The position numbers and the translations under genes are program-made. This document shows positions 53,254 to 64,000 of a stretch of DNA of 64,000 nt, one piece after another; position 1 is the first letter of the stretch, and every line of letters begins with the position of its first letter. The notes below the pieces were generated by a model. The model ran no database searches, was not told the DNA's origin, and saw only the letters and a program-made list of their open reading frames with translations. Origin of the DNA: Nitrospirota bacterium. Lineage in GTDB: Bacteria > Nitrospirota > JACRHJ01. The stretch is taken from assembly GCA_963733375.1 (NCBI GenBank), contig CAVTDB010000002.1:1-64000 (forward strand). The letters run 5' to 3'.

Positions 53254-54011
53254 CGACCGGCGATGCTATGAACATTTCCAGCGCCTCTTTCACGTCCTGC
53301 ATGTCCACGCGGGTGTTCATGCACGGCCCGAACGGGCGGTCGTTCAGTATCCCGATTACGGGCAGGGGATAGCTGTCCACGATGCCGCTGGTCAGGTCTC
53401 TCTCGCAGGCGACCGCGATTATCGCCTTCGGGCGCTTTTCCTTTATTATCCTCCTGGCCAGCGTCCCGCCGGTGGCGACGGACAGGGCCACCCTGTATTT
53501 GTCGGCGACGGCGACCAGGTCTTTTATCTCGCACTTCCCGCAGCCCTTGCACCGGTGGACGTCGCCGGTGATCTTTATATTGCAGTCGTTGATCTGTATG
53601 CAATGCGGCAGCAGGATGAGCAGCCTGTCCGGCTTTACCTTCCCCACGTTCGAGCGGACGAGCTGGTTGTTCACGGCGATGAAGGACTGCTGTACTTTAT
53701 CCCGCGAGATGCCGAGTAACCTGCCGACAATAACCATCAGGGGAAAGAGCACCTTTACCACCACGAACCGGAGGCGCTGGGCGAGGAATATCTCATGGCC
53801 CCTGACGAGCGTGAGGATAAGGAGGAAGACGCCGAATGCAATAAAACCGACGACGCCGAAGATAACCGCGGTGAAAACCGCCGGAAGGTAGCGGATTGAT
53901 GTTCCGAAGCCCTACCTGCGGGATGTACCACAAAAGCCATCCGGCCCCGGCAAGCAGGCCCATGGTTATTATGAGCAGGGTAATGAAAACTCTTTTTTTT
54001 GGCTCTTTCAT
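53246..54011 (-). CDS. DUF116 family protein; frameshifted
   Basis: LLPHCIQ, C..CGKC, VATGGT.AR, AVACERDL. Confidence 0.85.
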
Positions 54012-54947
54012 CCCAGAATCTCGCCCGAAGCGATTTTATGCCCCGCAAGGTACTCGTGCGCGGCCATCCTGCGTCCGCCTTCCGGCTGAAGCTCCTCTAT
54101 AATCAGCGCGCCTTCGCCCGCGGCAACTATAATGCCGTCCTTATCGGCTGAAATGACTCTCACCCGCGGGGGAGGGTGGCTCTAAAAGCCGGGTGGGCGC
54201 TGTTTTGGCCTTCCAGATATGCAGCATCTTCCCGGCTAGATAAGTATATGCGCCGGGCCATGGATTAAGACCCCGTACCGTCCTCTCAATCTCACGCGCC
54301 TGCTTTGCCCAATCTATCCGGCCCATCTCTTTTTTCAGGATCGGCGCGTACGTCGCCTGGGAATTATCCTGGCTGACCGGCTTAAGCCTGCCCGCTTCGA
54401 ACTCGGCAAGCGCTTTCACTATCAGTTCGGCCCCGACCCGGCTCAGCTTCGCGGTCAGCGTCTGTGCCGTGTCCTCCGGCAGTATCGGCTCCACGGCCGC
54501 CGTCAGCATCGCGCCGGTATCCATCCCCTCGTCCATAAGCATTATGGTGATGCCGGTGTCGGCCTCGCCGTTCACTATCGCCCAGTTAATCGGCGCGGCG
54601 CCCCTGTACTTCGGAAGGAGCGATGCGTGTACGTTGAAGTTGCCGAGCCGTGGGATGTCAAGAAGTGCCTTGGGGAGTATCTGCCCGAACGCGGCAACTA
54701 CCAGGGCGTCCGGGCCGGCCTTTCTTATTTCCTCGATTGCCTCCGGCCTCCTGACCCTCTCCGGCTGGAATACGGGGAGGCCTAAAGCTTCCGCAAGGGC
54801 CTTCACCGGCGGCGGGACCGGCTTTTTGCTTCGGCCTTTGGGCCTGTCCGGCTGGGTAACCACAAGCCGGACTTCATGACCAGCCTTCACCAGGGCTTCG
54901 AGGACAGGGACGGCGAACTGCGGCGTCCCCATGAAGACAATTTTCAA
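54008..54947 (-). CDS. fmt: Methionyl-tRNA formyltransferase; C-terminal frameshift
   Basis: IVFMGTP.FA, VTQPDRP.GR, NVHASLLPKYRGAAPI, MDEGMDTG, PWPGA. Confidence 0.96.
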
Positions 54948-55465
54948 CCCACCTCCGCCTTGTCTTCTTTTATGTTCTTTTTAATCCTGCGTTTGAAGAG
55001 GTCGCGCTTCAGCGGGCTTATCCGGTCTATGAAGAGTATCCCGTCCAGGTGGTCCAGCTCGTGCTGGAATGCTCTGGCCAGGAGTTCCTCGCCCTCCGCC
55101 TCATAGGTTTTTCCGTCCCTGTCCGTCGCCCGGATGCGGACTTTCGCATAGCGGGTTACGTTGGACTGGAAGTCCGTGACGGAAAGGCACCCTTCCTCTT
55201 CGTTCAGTTCCCCTTCCCTGGAGATTATAGCCGGGTTAATCAGGACGAGAAGGGGGTGCGGGTCGTCCCTGGTCGAGACGTCTATCACGGTAAGACGAAG
55301 CGATATCCCCACCTGCGGAGCGGCTAATCCCACCCCCGGCGCGGCATACATCGTCTCTATCATGTCGTCTATAAGCTTCTGAATTTCCGGGGTTATCTCC
55401 GTCACCGGCTTCGCTTTCCGCCGGAGGACCGGGTCCGGATATTTTCTTATTTCAAGGATTGCCAA
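54944..55465 (-). CDS. def: Peptide deformylase
   Basis: GVGLAAPQVG, EGCLS, QHELDHLDG. Confidence 0.97.
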   Translation of the reverse strand: MAILEIRKYPDPVLRRKAKPVTEITPEIQKLIDDMIETMYAAPGVGLAAPQVGISLRLTVIDVSTRDDPHPLLVLINPAIISREGELNEEEGCLSVTDFQSNVTRYAKVRIRATDRDGKTYEAEGEELLARAFQHELDHLDGILFIDRISPLKRDLFKRRIKKNIKEDKAEVG

Positions 55466-55541
55466 AACTCATCCTCCCAAACCTTTGGCTACACATACCT
55501 TTGTACCATTTTCAGCGCAAAATTTCAAGATAAACCAATCT

Positions 55542-55582
55542 TTACTTTCTTTTCAGGTGAAAAGAAAGTAACAAAGAAAAGC
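55542..55582. repeat. Palindromic repeat family A
   Basis: TTACTTTCTTTTC-aggt-GAAAAGAAAGTAA-CAAAGAAAAGC. Confidence 0.8.
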
Positions 55583-55626
55583 CAGACTGAAACCCGTTTA
55601 AGTTTAGCTTTTACGCCTTTACGCCT

Positions 55627-58227
55627 TTACGCCGCTTCCGCCTCCACCATACGGCGGAAAACGAGCCTTCCGCCTTCCACGTCGGCCTGTACGGTATCCC
55701 CCTCCTTGAACTGGCCTTCCAGTATCTTCATGGCGAGCGGGTTCAGTATCTCCCGCTGGATGGTGCGCTTAAGCGGCCTCGCGCCGTATGCCGGGTCGTA
55801 TCCCAGCGTCACCAGCATCTCCCTTGCCGCCGGGGTCAGGGTTATATTTATCTTCTTCTGGGCAAGGTGCCTCTGGAGCAGCCTTAGCTGTATATCGATT
55901 ATCCTCTTCAACTGCTCTTCGGTGAGCGGGTGGAATATGATGATGTCGTCGATGCGGTTTAGGAACTCCGGCTTGAAATGATGCCGCAGCGCCTCCGACA
56001 CGAGCTTTCGCATCTCCTCTTCGTTTTTGGCCTCCTGGATGAACTGGCTCCCGATGTTGGAGGTCATGATGACGACCGTGTTCTTGCAGTCCACCGTGCG
56101 CCCATGCCCGTCGGTGAGCCTGCCGTCTTCCAGCAGTTGCAAAAGGACGTTGAAAACCTCCGGATGCGCCTTCTCTATCTCGTCGAACAGTATCACGGAG
56201 TAGGGCCTTCTGCGCACAGCCTCGGTCAACTGCCCGCCCTCCTCGAACCCCACATACCCCGGAGGCGCGCCGATAAGCCTCGAAACGGTATGCTTCTCCT
56301 GGTACTCGGACATGTCTATCCGTATCATCGCCTTCTCGTCGTCGAAAAGGAATTCCGCGAGCGCCCGTGCCAGCTCCGTCTTGCCGACTCCGGTGGGGCC
56401 CAGGAATATGAACGAGCCTATGGGACGGTCCGGGTCCTGTATCCCCGCCCTCGCCCGGCGCACCGCGTCCGATACCGCGACCACCGCCTCGTCCTGCCCC
56501 ACGACCCGCTCCTTGAGGCGCTCCTCCATCTTCGTCAGCTTGGCCATCTCGCCTTCCAGCATCTTCGATACCGGCACGCCCGTCCATTTCGAGACTATAT
56601 CCGCGATGTCCTCTTCATCCACTTCTTCTTTTAGAAGCGAACCCTGGGCCTGCAAGGCGGCAAGGGCCTCGTTCTGCCTCTCAAGCTCACGGTTAAGCTC
56701 CACTATCGTCCCGTAACGAAGCTCCGCCGTGCGCCCGAGGTTCCCCTCGCGCTCCGCCCGCTCGGCCTCGCCCCTGGCCTGCTCCAGCTTCTCTTTAAGC
56801 TCGCGTATCTTCTTTATGGCCTCTTTCTCGTTTATCCACCGGGCATGGAGCACGGAACGCTTTTCGCCGAGTTCGGCTATGTCTTTCTCGATATTCTTCA
56901 GCCGCTCCTTCGACGCCGGGTCTTTTTCCTTTTTAACCGCCTGCTCCTCCACCTGGAGCCGCCGTATGGTCCGCTCCAACTCGTCAAGCTCCGTGGGCAT
57001 CGAATCGATCTCCATCCGGAGCTTGGACGCCGCCTCGTCGATTAAATCGATCGCCTTGTCCGGCAGGAACCTGTCCGTTATGTAGCGGTTGGACAGCGTC
57101 GCCGCGGCGATAAGAGCCGAGTCCTTTATACGGACGCCGTGGTGCACCTCGTAGCGTTCCTTCAGGCCGCGCAGTATCGAGATGGTATCCTCGACATTCG
57201 GCTCCTGCACCATGACGGGCTGGAAACGCCGCTCCAATGCCGGGTCCTTCTCGATATGCTTCCTGTACTCGTCTATGGTGGTCGCGCCAACGCACCGCAG
57301 GTCTCCCCTGGCCAGCGCCGGTTTCAGCATGTTCGAGGCGTCAATCGCCCCTTCCGCCGCGCCCGCCCCCACAAGGGTATGCATCTCGTCGATGAACAGG
57401 ATGATCTTCCCCTGCGACTCCTCCACCGCCTTCAGCACCGCCTTCAGCCGGTCCTCGAACTCGCCCCGGAACTTTGCCCCGGCGATAAGCGACCCCATAT
57501 CGAGCGCGACGACGCGCTTGTCTTTGAGGCCTTCCGGCACGTCTCCGGCGATTATCCTCTGGGCGAGGCCCTCGACGATGGCCGTCTTGCCGACGCCCGG
57601 CTCGCCTATCAGCACCGGGTTGTTCTTCGTCCTGCGGGAGAGCACCTGTATCACCCGGCGGACCTCCTCGTCCCGGCCTATTACAGGGTCCAGCTTGCCC
57701 TTCCTTGCGAGGTCGGTCAGGTCGCGCCCGTATTTCGTCAGCGCCTCGTACTTGTCCTCCGGGTTCTGGTCCGTGACCCGCTCCGAGCCCCTTATCTCCT
57801 TCAGGGCGGAGAGGATACGGTCGCGTCTCGCGCCGGCCGACTTAAGTACCCGGCCCGCCGCGCCGTCGTCTTCCGCCATCGCTAAAAGCAGGTGCTCGGT
57901 CGAGACGTACTCGTCTTTTAAGCCCTCCATCTCGCGCGCCGCTTTATCCAAGACCTTGTTCAGCCGGGGCGTGACATAGACCTGTCCCATCTGGCCCGCG
58001 CCCGAGACACTGGGCATCCGCTCCAGCTCCGAGATTACCTCGCCTTCAAGCGCACCCAAGTCCGCGCCGAGCCTCTTAAGTATTGGCGGCACCACGCCTT
58101 CCGGCTGTTTCAGAAGGGCCAGAAGGAGATGCTCCACATCCACCTGCTGCTGCCCCCGTCTGCCCGCTTCGTCCTGCGCGGCCAGCACCGCCTCCTGTGC
58201 CTTTACTGTAAATTTATCAAGACGCAT
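55627..58227 (-). CDS. clpB: Chaperone ClpB
   Basis: Two AAA+ modules ([16 protein letters not shown]), coiled-coil M domain, GARPLKR; start MRLDKF after SD GGAGG. Confidence 0.97.
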   Translation of the reverse strand: MRLDKFTVKAQEAVLAAQDEAGRRGQQQVDVEHLLLALLKQPEGVVPPILKRLGADLGALEGEVISELERMPSVSGAGQMGQVYVTPRLNKVLDKAAREMEGLKDEYVSTEHLLLAMAEDDGAAGRVLKSAGARRDRILSALKEIRGSERVTDQNPEDKYEALTKYGRDLTDLARKGKLDPVIGRDEEVRRVIQVLSRRTKNNPVLIGEPGVGKTAIVEGLAQRIIAGDVPEGLKDKRVVALDMGSLIAGAKFRGEFEDRLKAVLKAVEESQGKIILFIDEMHTLVGAGAAEGAIDASNMLKPALARGDLRCVGATTIDEYRKHIEKDPALERRFQPVMVQEPNVEDTISILRGLKERYEVHHGVRIKDSALIAAATLSNRYITDRFLPDKAIDLIDEAASKLRMEIDSMPTELDELERTIRRLQVEEQAVKKEKDPASKERLKNIEKDIAELGEKRSVLHARWINEKEAIKKIRELKEKLEQARGEAERAEREGNLGRTAELRYGTIVELNRELERQNEALAALQAQGSLLKEEVDEEDIADIVSKWTGVPVSKMLEGEMAKLTKMEERLKERVVGQDEAVVAVSDAVRRARAGIQDPDRPIGSFIFLGPTGVGKTELARALAEFLFDDEKAMIRIDMSEYQEKHTVSRLIGAPPGYVGFEEGGQLTEAVRRRPYSVILFDEIEKAHPEVFNVLLQLLEDGRLTDGHGRTVDCKNTVVIMTSNIGSQFIQEAKNEEEMRKLVSEALRHHFKPEFLNRIDDIIIFHPLTEEQLKRIIDIQLRLLQRHLAQKKINITLTPAAREMLVTLGYDPAYGARPLKRTIQREILNPLAMKILEGQFKEGDTVQADVEGGRLVFRRMVEAEAA

Positions 58228-58246
58228 AAGACCTCCTAAAACCTTT

Positions 58247-58282
58247 GTTACCTTTTTGTAAAAAGGTAACGCCAAAAACTTT
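58247..58282. repeat. Palindromic repeat family A (reverse orientation)
   Basis: GTTACCTTTTT-gt-AAAAAGGTAAC-GCCAAAAACTTT. Confidence 0.85.
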
Positions 58283-58304
58283 TAAACTTACCTCTTTTTC
58301 ACTT

Positions 58305-58675
58305 TTATAATTTTCCCTCCGGCGCCTTCGCCAGCGGATGTTTCATCTCTTCCTCGCGCCGGGCAATCTCCCGCATGAACTCCTCGCGCATATCGTGCAT
58401 CATGCGGTCCATCTCCTCCTGGAGCTTCTGCATCCTCTCCCGCATGGTGAGTATAACCTCCACGCCGGCCAGGTTCACCCCCATCTCGCGGGTCAGGTTC
58501 AGTATCGTCCGGATGCGCTCCACGTCCTCTTCCGAGTACATCCGCACGCCCGCCCCGGTCCGGGACGGCTGGACGAAGCCTTCGCGCTCATAGAGCCTCA
58601 GCGTCTGGGGATGGACCCCAAGCATCTCCGAGACACACGCTTATCATATAAACGGCGCTGTTCGCGTCTCTTCAT
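58305..58675 (-). CDS. hspR: MerR-family heat-shock repressor HspR; frameshift near N-terminus
   Basis: EMLGVHPQTLRLYEREG, R.YSEEDVER, LTREMGVNLAGV; between dnaJ and clpB. Confidence 0.9.
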
Positions 58676-58680
58676 GATCA

Positions 58681-59868
58681 TTAACATGCCGCTCCTTTTC
58701 CGCGCCTGAACCCGCTGAAGGTTATGCCGGAACGCGGGTCATGCGGCACATGGCTCATAAAATCCTTGAGCGCGGATTTCGCCTGTTCGTTTAAGTGCGG
58801 CGGCACCGCCACCTTCACGCGCACGTACTGGTCGCCCACGCCTGAGCCGCCGAAGTGCGGCACGCCCTTGCCGCGCAGGCGGAACTCCTGGCCGGACTGC
58901 GTACCCGGCGGGATGGTCATCGTAACGACTCCGTCTTTCGTCGGCACGTCCACCTTGGCGCCTAAAGCGGCCTCCGAAAAGGTTATGGGTATCTCGCTGT
59001 GGAGGTTGTCCCCGCGCCTTTCGAAATAGGGGTGCTTCCGCACCTTCGTAATAATATATAAATCGCCCGGAGGCCCGCCGTTTACGCCGGGCCCGCCCAT
59101 GCCCTGGAGCCGGACTTTCGAGCCGTTGTCCACACCGGCTGGGATTTTTACGGTAAGCTTTTCCGTCTTCGGGACGTAACCGCTGCCGCCGCAGTTTCTG
59201 CATGGGTCTTTAATCTTTTTCGCTCCGCCGCAGCGCGGGCAGGTCCTGTTTACGCCGAACGGCCCGCGTCCCGCCTTTATCTGCCCCGTACCGCCGCAGT
59301 CCGGGCAGGTCCTGGGCGTACTTCCCGGCATGGTGCCCGTCCCCCCGCATGCCGTGCACGGGGCCTCCCGCCGGAGGTTCAACTGGGCGCTGGTCCCGAA
59401 GAGGGCGTCCTCCAGGTCCACTTCCATCGTCGTGGTCGTGTCCTGGCCCTTCATGGGGCCCATGCGCCCGCCGCCGCCGAACAGGCCGGAGAAGATATCC
59501 TCGAACCCGCCCCCGCCGCCCTGGAAGCCTTCGAAGTCCTCCGGCCTGAACCCGCCTCCGCCGCCGCCGCCGCCGGGCCTGTATTCGTACCTGAACCCTC
59601 CCGTCCCGGCCCCCGCGCCGGCCCCCGCGCCCGCGGTCTGGTCGAAGGCGGCGTGGCCGAAACGGTCGTACATCTCGCGCTTTTTGGGGTCGGAGAGGAC
59701 GTCGTTTGCTTCGCCTATTTCCTTGAACTTGCGCTCCGCCTCCTTGTCGCCGGGGTTCACGTCCGGGTGGTACTTCCGGGCGAGCTTGCGGTACGCCTTT
59801 TTTATCTCCTTTTCGTCCGCGGTCTTCGGGACTCCAAGGACCTCGTAGTAATCCCTTTTCTGGGCCAT
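58681..59868 (-). CDS. dnaJ: DnaJ-family co-chaperone
   Basis: J domain HPD, G/F region, four CxxCxG(xG) repeats, C-terminal IPPGTQSG. Confidence 0.93.
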   Translation of the reverse strand: MAQKRDYYEVLGVPKTADEKEIKKAYRKLARKYHPDVNPGDKEAERKFKEIGEANDVLSDPKKREMYDRFGHAAFDQTAGAGAGAGAGTGGFRYEYRPGGGGGGGGFRPEDFEGFQGGGGGFEDIFSGLFGGGGRMGPMKGQDTTTTMEVDLEDALFGTSAQLNLRREAPCTACGGTGTMPGSTPRTCPDCGGTGQIKAGRGPFGVNRTCPRCGGAKKIKDPCRNCGGSGYVPKTEKLTVKIPAGVDNGSKVRLQGMGGPGVNGGPPGDLYIITKVRKHPYFERRGDNLHSEIPITFSEAALGAKVDVPTKDGVVTMTIPPGTQSGQEFRLRGKGVPHFGGSGVGDQYVRVKVAVPPHLNEQAKSALKDFMSHVPHDPRSGITFSGFRRGKGAAC

Positions 59869-59869
59869 T

Positions 59870-60256
59870 TTAACGCTCCACCTTCACTTGGACCTTCCTT
59901 ACCTTGCCCACCTTGGGTATCACCACTTTCAGGAGCCCGTCGTTAAAATTGGCGGAGGTCTTTGCCGAATCCACGTCGCAGGGCATGGAAAATTTCCTGT
60001 GGAAGTGGCCGTAGTTCCTCTCTATGCGGTAGAAGTTCTCATGCTCCACGTCCCGCTCAAACCGCCTTTCCCCTTTAAGCGTCAGGACGTTGTCCGTTAC
60101 GGTCAACGCTATATCCTCCTGGTCCACCCCCGGAAGCTCCGCCGTCAGGACTATCTCCTTCTCCGTCTCATAGACGTCCACGGCGGGAGACCAGGTGCTC
60201 GGCTTTTCCGTCATAATGTCCTTGAACGGGTCCCATTTGATTATCTTCATTTTCAC
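59870..60256 (-). CDS. Hsp20 small heat-shock protein
   Basis: [37 protein letters not shown]. Confidence 0.92.
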   Translation of the reverse strand: MKMKIIKWDPFKDIMTEKPSTWSPAVDVYETEKEIVLTAELPGVDQEDIALTVTDNVLTLKGERRFERDVEHENFYRIERNYGHFHRKFSMPCDVDSAKTSANFNDGLLKVVIPKVGKVRKVQVKVER

Positions 60257-60296
60257 ATCCTCCGGAAGATGGTATACTGTATCTGTGCTTTTTACC

Positions 60297-60326
60297 ATTA
60301 TGTCGCTTTAGTGTATCATTGTCAAG
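60297..60326 (-). promoter_or_regulatory. Sigma70 promoter with overlapping HAIR-like HspR operator
   Basis: TTGACA-17 nt-CATAAT; CTTGACA-N7-ACTAAAG vs HAIR CTTGAGT-N7-ACTCAAG. Confidence 0.7.
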
Positions 60327-60354
60327 TCTATTTATAGCGTTGACGATCAGGAAT

Positions 60355-60904
60355 ATGATGCAACTTTTTAGAAATGCTGTATTTTTAGTCTTAACCGGCA
60401 TGGCCGTCGCTGCGGCCGGCTCCCGCCAGCGCGGCTTACGTGGTAACCCTCACCAACGGGGAGACCATAAGCGCGCAAGACTATAAAATCAATGACAGAA
60501 CAATCGAGCTGAAAATGGAAGGCGGCAGCGCCTCGTTCCCCCGCTCCCTGGTCGCCTCCATCTCCGGGGGCGGCACTGGTGGAAAACCTGCTCCCGCCTT
60601 CATCCGACGCCAGGGCCGCCGTCCAGTCCCCCGTCCGCAACGCCCGGAACCAGGCCGCAAAATTCCGGGGAAGACACGCTGCGGAAACTGGCTGTCGACG
60701 AAGGGGATTCGGAGGCGGGGCCGGAAGAAGGGGTGAAGCCCGCCGTGACGATATGACCGTGGAAGAGTTCCTGGATAAAGAAGGTGAAGACGGCGAAGAG
60801 GGCGATGAATCCGTCGACGCGGCGGACCAGGACGGCAATTCCGGGGACGACGAGGGTTTATGCCGGAGGAGGCGGACCAGGGAGATAAAGTTACCGAAGA
60901 GTAA
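60355..60904 (+). CDS. Hypothetical exported protein with acidic C-terminus; frameshifted
   Basis: Signal-like N-terminus; VTLTNGETI.......I.L...GG...FPRSLV..I; D/E-rich tail. Confidence 0.6.
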
Positions 60905-60935
60905 AAAAAGCGCCCTTTAAGGGGGCGCTTTTTTT
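60903..60935. terminator. Bidirectional intrinsic terminator
   Basis: AAAAAAAGCGCCC-tttaagg-GGGCGCTTTTTTT between convergent genes. Confidence 0.85.
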
Positions 60936-60988
60936 GACGGATGCCTGGTTTATCGCGACCGGTGAATATTGCCCGGCGCTTCAGTCAG

Positions 60989-61650
60989 CTACGGGAGCCT
61001 TCTCCTCATCTGCAAGGCGGGCGCGCGGAACTTTACAATCACCGGCACGGAAGTCACGAGGGAACCCCCATACATGAACGGGATGGACGAGCCGTTACTG
61101 AATACCATCTTGCTGGCGGTCGCCGGGTGTATCTTGGCCTTAATCATGGCCCTGTTGCCGTCTCTCCTCAGCACGCCCGCCATGTCCACGGCCCCGGTAA
61201 ACTGCACCACGGTCCCGCTCCCGGTGAACAGGCCCGTTGCGGGGTCATAGGTCACGCTATCGTTGTTATTCAGTCTGATGACGCCGACGCCCGTGGTCTG
61301 GGCGGCCAGCACGTGCTCGGCCCGCCTCAGCATGAACGTACCGTTAAAGCCGAGCCAGACGCCGCCGTCGGGGAAGCTTACCGTCCCTGCCGTCGTGCCG
61401 GACAGGTTGTTGAATGCCACCGTCATATTGTTGGGTCCCCGCCTGTTCCTGGCGATGCGGTGCAGGATTCTATGGGGGCGTGTCGGTCCCGACGTTCAAC
61501 ACGGAGACGTTTGCGGTCTTCAATGGCGCCGTCGAAAAACAGGGTTGAGGTGGAGTTACTGAATATCGACCTGTGCGGCCCTGCAAAGGCTGTCAATGAA
61601 AGAAATACCAGAAAAACGATTACCAGGACGGATAAAACGATCTTCTTCAT
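60989..61650 (-). CDS. Hypothetical secreted beta-rich protein; frameshifted
   Basis: SD AAGGAGG; signal peptide MKKIVLSVLVIVFLVFLSLTAFA; continues into ORF 60989-61426. Confidence 0.6.
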
Positions 61651-61780
61651 GCTGCCTCCTTTACTGTTATAGGTTGGCAATCATTTCCGGATGAACCTAA
61701 TATATTAATACATTAAAATATCTGAAAAATCCAGTTAACCATTTTAAACAATTAATCATTATTGGCAAAGGATGCTGTTT

Positions 61781-62196
61781 TTAATCCTCTCGTATAAATT
61801 CAACCACCTTACCCATTATCTCGTCTCTCGGCCCGGCGGAATTCGGCCAGCACTTTTTCCTCGCTCCCCCTCGTCCTTACCGGGTCATCGACAGGCCAGT
61901 GGAGCCTTTTGATTTCCGGGGGAGTCGCCGGGCAGAGGGATTCCGCATGTCCGCAGAGCGTGATTATGATGTCCATGCGGTTTAAAAGCTCGCGGTCTAT
62001 GGCCTTCGAAGTCTGGCCTGGAAATATCTATCCCCAACTCCGCCATGACCTTGGCGGCGTTTTCGTTGACGCCCGCAGGGGTCAGGCCCGCGCTGTAAAC
62101 TTCCAGCGCATCCCCGCCGTAACGCCTTGCAAACCCTTCCGCCATCTGGCTCCGGCAGGAGTTGCGGGTGAAAAGAAACATAACCTTAACCATCAA
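61781..62196 (-). CDS. arsC: ArsC-like arsenate reductase (LMW-PTP fold); frameshifted, first active-site Cys apparently substituted
   Basis: [38 protein letters not shown]. Confidence 0.8.
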
Positions 62197-62218
62197 AGCT
62201 CCGGGTTAAAACCGTCCA

Positions 62219-62255
62219 AAAGTTTTTGGCGTTACCTTTTTACCAAAAAGGTAGC
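62219..62255. repeat. Palindromic repeat family A
   Basis: AAAGTTTTTGGCGTTACCTTTTTACCAAAAAGGTAGC. Confidence 0.8.
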
Positions 62256-62261
62256 AAAGGT

Positions 62262-63039
62262 TTACTTCTTCGCCAGCAGTTTCAAGCTCCGAAGTCCCAG
62301 GTCGCTCACGTTATCCTTCGTGACGATCCCGCAGCCGCACGTAGTCTCCGCAAGAAACGACGCGTCGTCCATCGAGATAACGGTCACGTCGGTAAACCCC
62401 GCGCGTTTAACCGCGGATACGTAATCGTCGTATTTTACCGCGCCCGACACGCAGCCGGTATATGCCTCGACGTTTTCCACTACCGCGCGCGGCAAATCCT
62501 TGGTCAGCACGATATCCGATACCATCAGCCTGCCGCCGCTCTTAAGGACGCGGTATGATTCGGAAAAGGTCTTGTCCTTGTCCACGGAGAGGTTTATCAC
62601 GCAGTTGCTGATTACGCAGTCTATGGAGCCATCAACCACGGGCAAGGCTTCGATTTCGCCGTGGCGGAACTCGACGTTGGTGAATTTCCCGTCTTCGGCA
62701 TTCTCTCATGGCACGGGAAAGCATCTCCGGCGTCATGTCCACGCCGATTACCCGGCCTGAAGGGCCGACGCGGTTTGCGGCCAGGAATACGTCTATCCCC
62801 GCGCCGGAGCCTAAGTCGAGCACGACCTCGCCCTCTTTAAGGGAGGCAAGGGCGACGGGGTTGCCGCAGCCGACGCCGAGGACCGCGCCTTTCGGCAGGC
62901 CGAGGAGTTCATTTACGTCGTAGCCGATTTTTTCTTCGTGCGCGAATTTGGGCTTGACCGAGCCGCAGCAGCCGCCGGTTTCGCCTTTTGCAATGCCTGA
63001 ATACGTCTTCTGAACGCTGAGCTTGATTTTTTTGTCCAT
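62262..63039 (-). CDS. arsM: Arsenite methyltransferase; frameshift near 62700
   Basis: GGCCG, LGVGCGNP, VLDLGSGAGID, GVDMTPEML, ISNCVINLS.DK, GCVSGA. Confidence 0.9.
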
Positions 63040-63042
63040 GAT

Positions 63043-63563
63043 TTACCTCTTTTGTAATTCAGCCGCGATATAATCTTCCACCGTCTTCAAACAGCAGGAG
63101 CCTTGCGGGTTCCTTGTTTCACACGAACAGCCTTCTCTTTTCATGCGCGCCTTGATGTCCTGTGCGGCCGAGCTTTTTCCCGTAAGCCGTATTTCCTCAG
63201 CTATCCCTTCCATGGTATGGCCGAAACAGTAGCATATCGGCCTGGGGGCGGAAGTTTCCTTGAGTCCCTACGCGTACACTCAGGTCCCCCTTGGAGAAGG
63301 TGCGTCCGTCTTCCGTAAAATAAACCGTTTCGCACTCTTTCGTCTTGCAGAAAAAATAGCCGCCCTCTATTATATCGCCAAGTTTTTCCTTGCGGATTAA
63401 GGAGCGCACGGTGTCCGTCTTTACTGCCCTCCGGCAGCGCCGCAGGACGGGCAAATGGCGGAAGGTCCTCTATGCAACTTCAGCTGAATCACGGCAATTC
63501 TACTCCACGTTACCGCGCATCTCTGCGGGAGGCCTTCTGCACGGCAAGCTTTGTCTTCTTCAT
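63043..63563 (-). CDS. Cys-rich CopZ-N/BFD-like metal or [2Fe-2S]-binding protein; frameshifted, start approximate
   Basis: CPSCG, YFFCKTKECETVYF, PICYCFG, CSCETRNPQGSCCL. Confidence 0.75.
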
Positions 63564-63570
63564 ACAGACC

Positions 63571-64000
63571 TTATTTCCCTTCGAGCAGCCTTTCCGCGAA
63601 ATAGCCGGGCAATCCGTTTTCTACTATGGACCACGCCGTTTTCCCGACGTCATAAGGGACCCTCAGGAACTCCGTCTCGACAATGCCCGGCCTGATGTCA
63701 ACCAATGCGACACATGACCTGACGTCCCCGTCTTTCGGCTTGCCCACGCTTCCGGCGTTGATGAATATTTTGCCGTCCAGGTCTTTTCTGTAAGGCTTAT
63801 GGGTATGCCCATAAACCATAATGTCCGCGCCTGCTTTTTCGGCCATCTGCCTGAAGAAATCATCGTCCCTGTCATCGGTCCAGTAAAGATTATTCTTGGT
63901 CGGCGTTCCATGAAATAACTTAACCCTGAACCCCTCGCAGGTGAAGGCTATTTCAAACGGCAGGCCCCTCAGGTATTCTTTTGTTTTCGGAGTTGCATGT
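63571..64000 (-). CDS. Calcineurin-like metallophosphoesterase (5'-truncated by window edge)
   Basis: HGTP, YGHTHKPY, INAGSVGKPKDGD, RVPYD. Confidence 0.88.
   Translation of the reverse strand, partial: HATPKTKEYLRGLPFEIAFTCEGFRVKLFHGTPTKNNLYWTDDRDDDFFRQMAEKAGADIMVYGHTHKPYRKDLDGKIFINAGSVGKPKDGDVRSCVALVDIRPGIVETEFLRVPYDVGKTAWSIVENGLPGYFAERLLEGK

Noticed and set aside
59500-59640. GCC/GGC-rich repeats in dnaJ
   Set aside because: Normal Gly/Phe-rich linker of DnaJ.

Overview
Bacterial chromosomal window, moderately GC-rich, from an indel-rich assembly: many genes, including essential ones such as rpsP and fmt, are split by apparent frameshift errors. Gene order (ffh-rpsP-khpA-rimM-trmD-SPOUT-rplS-rnhB; def-fmt-DUF116-rsmB-PASTA-rpe; hsp20-dnaJ-hspR-clpB) suggests a deltaproteobacterium- or Nitrospirota-like anaerobe (inference). 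The main feature is a ~20 kb minus-strand multiheme cytochrome locus (16.7-37.0 kb). It holds three OmcS-family hexaheme cytochromes, all keeping the CxxCHxMH His that links subunits in OmcS filaments, and a probable assembly/export set: beta-propellers, an outer-membrane barrel, two CsgG/DUF799-like proteins and a PPIase-like foldase. It also holds a ~1050-aa region with 42 CxxCH motifs that appears to fuse a 26-heme and a 16-heme cytochrome, a 10-heme cytochrome and a redoxin-TPR protein. A GT2 plus GT-C/TPR glycosyltransferase pair converges on the locus. Other content: two sensor kinases, a TatD-radical SAM fusion, glgC, dusB, tsaD with an in-frame insertion, a lytic transglycosylase, vapBC, an arsenic cluster, two dispersed palindromic repeat families (one with a nested 36-bp module) and several clear promoter/operator signals. 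No rRNA, tRNA, CRISPR array or transposase was seen. All calls come from reading motifs by eye; no database searches were run.
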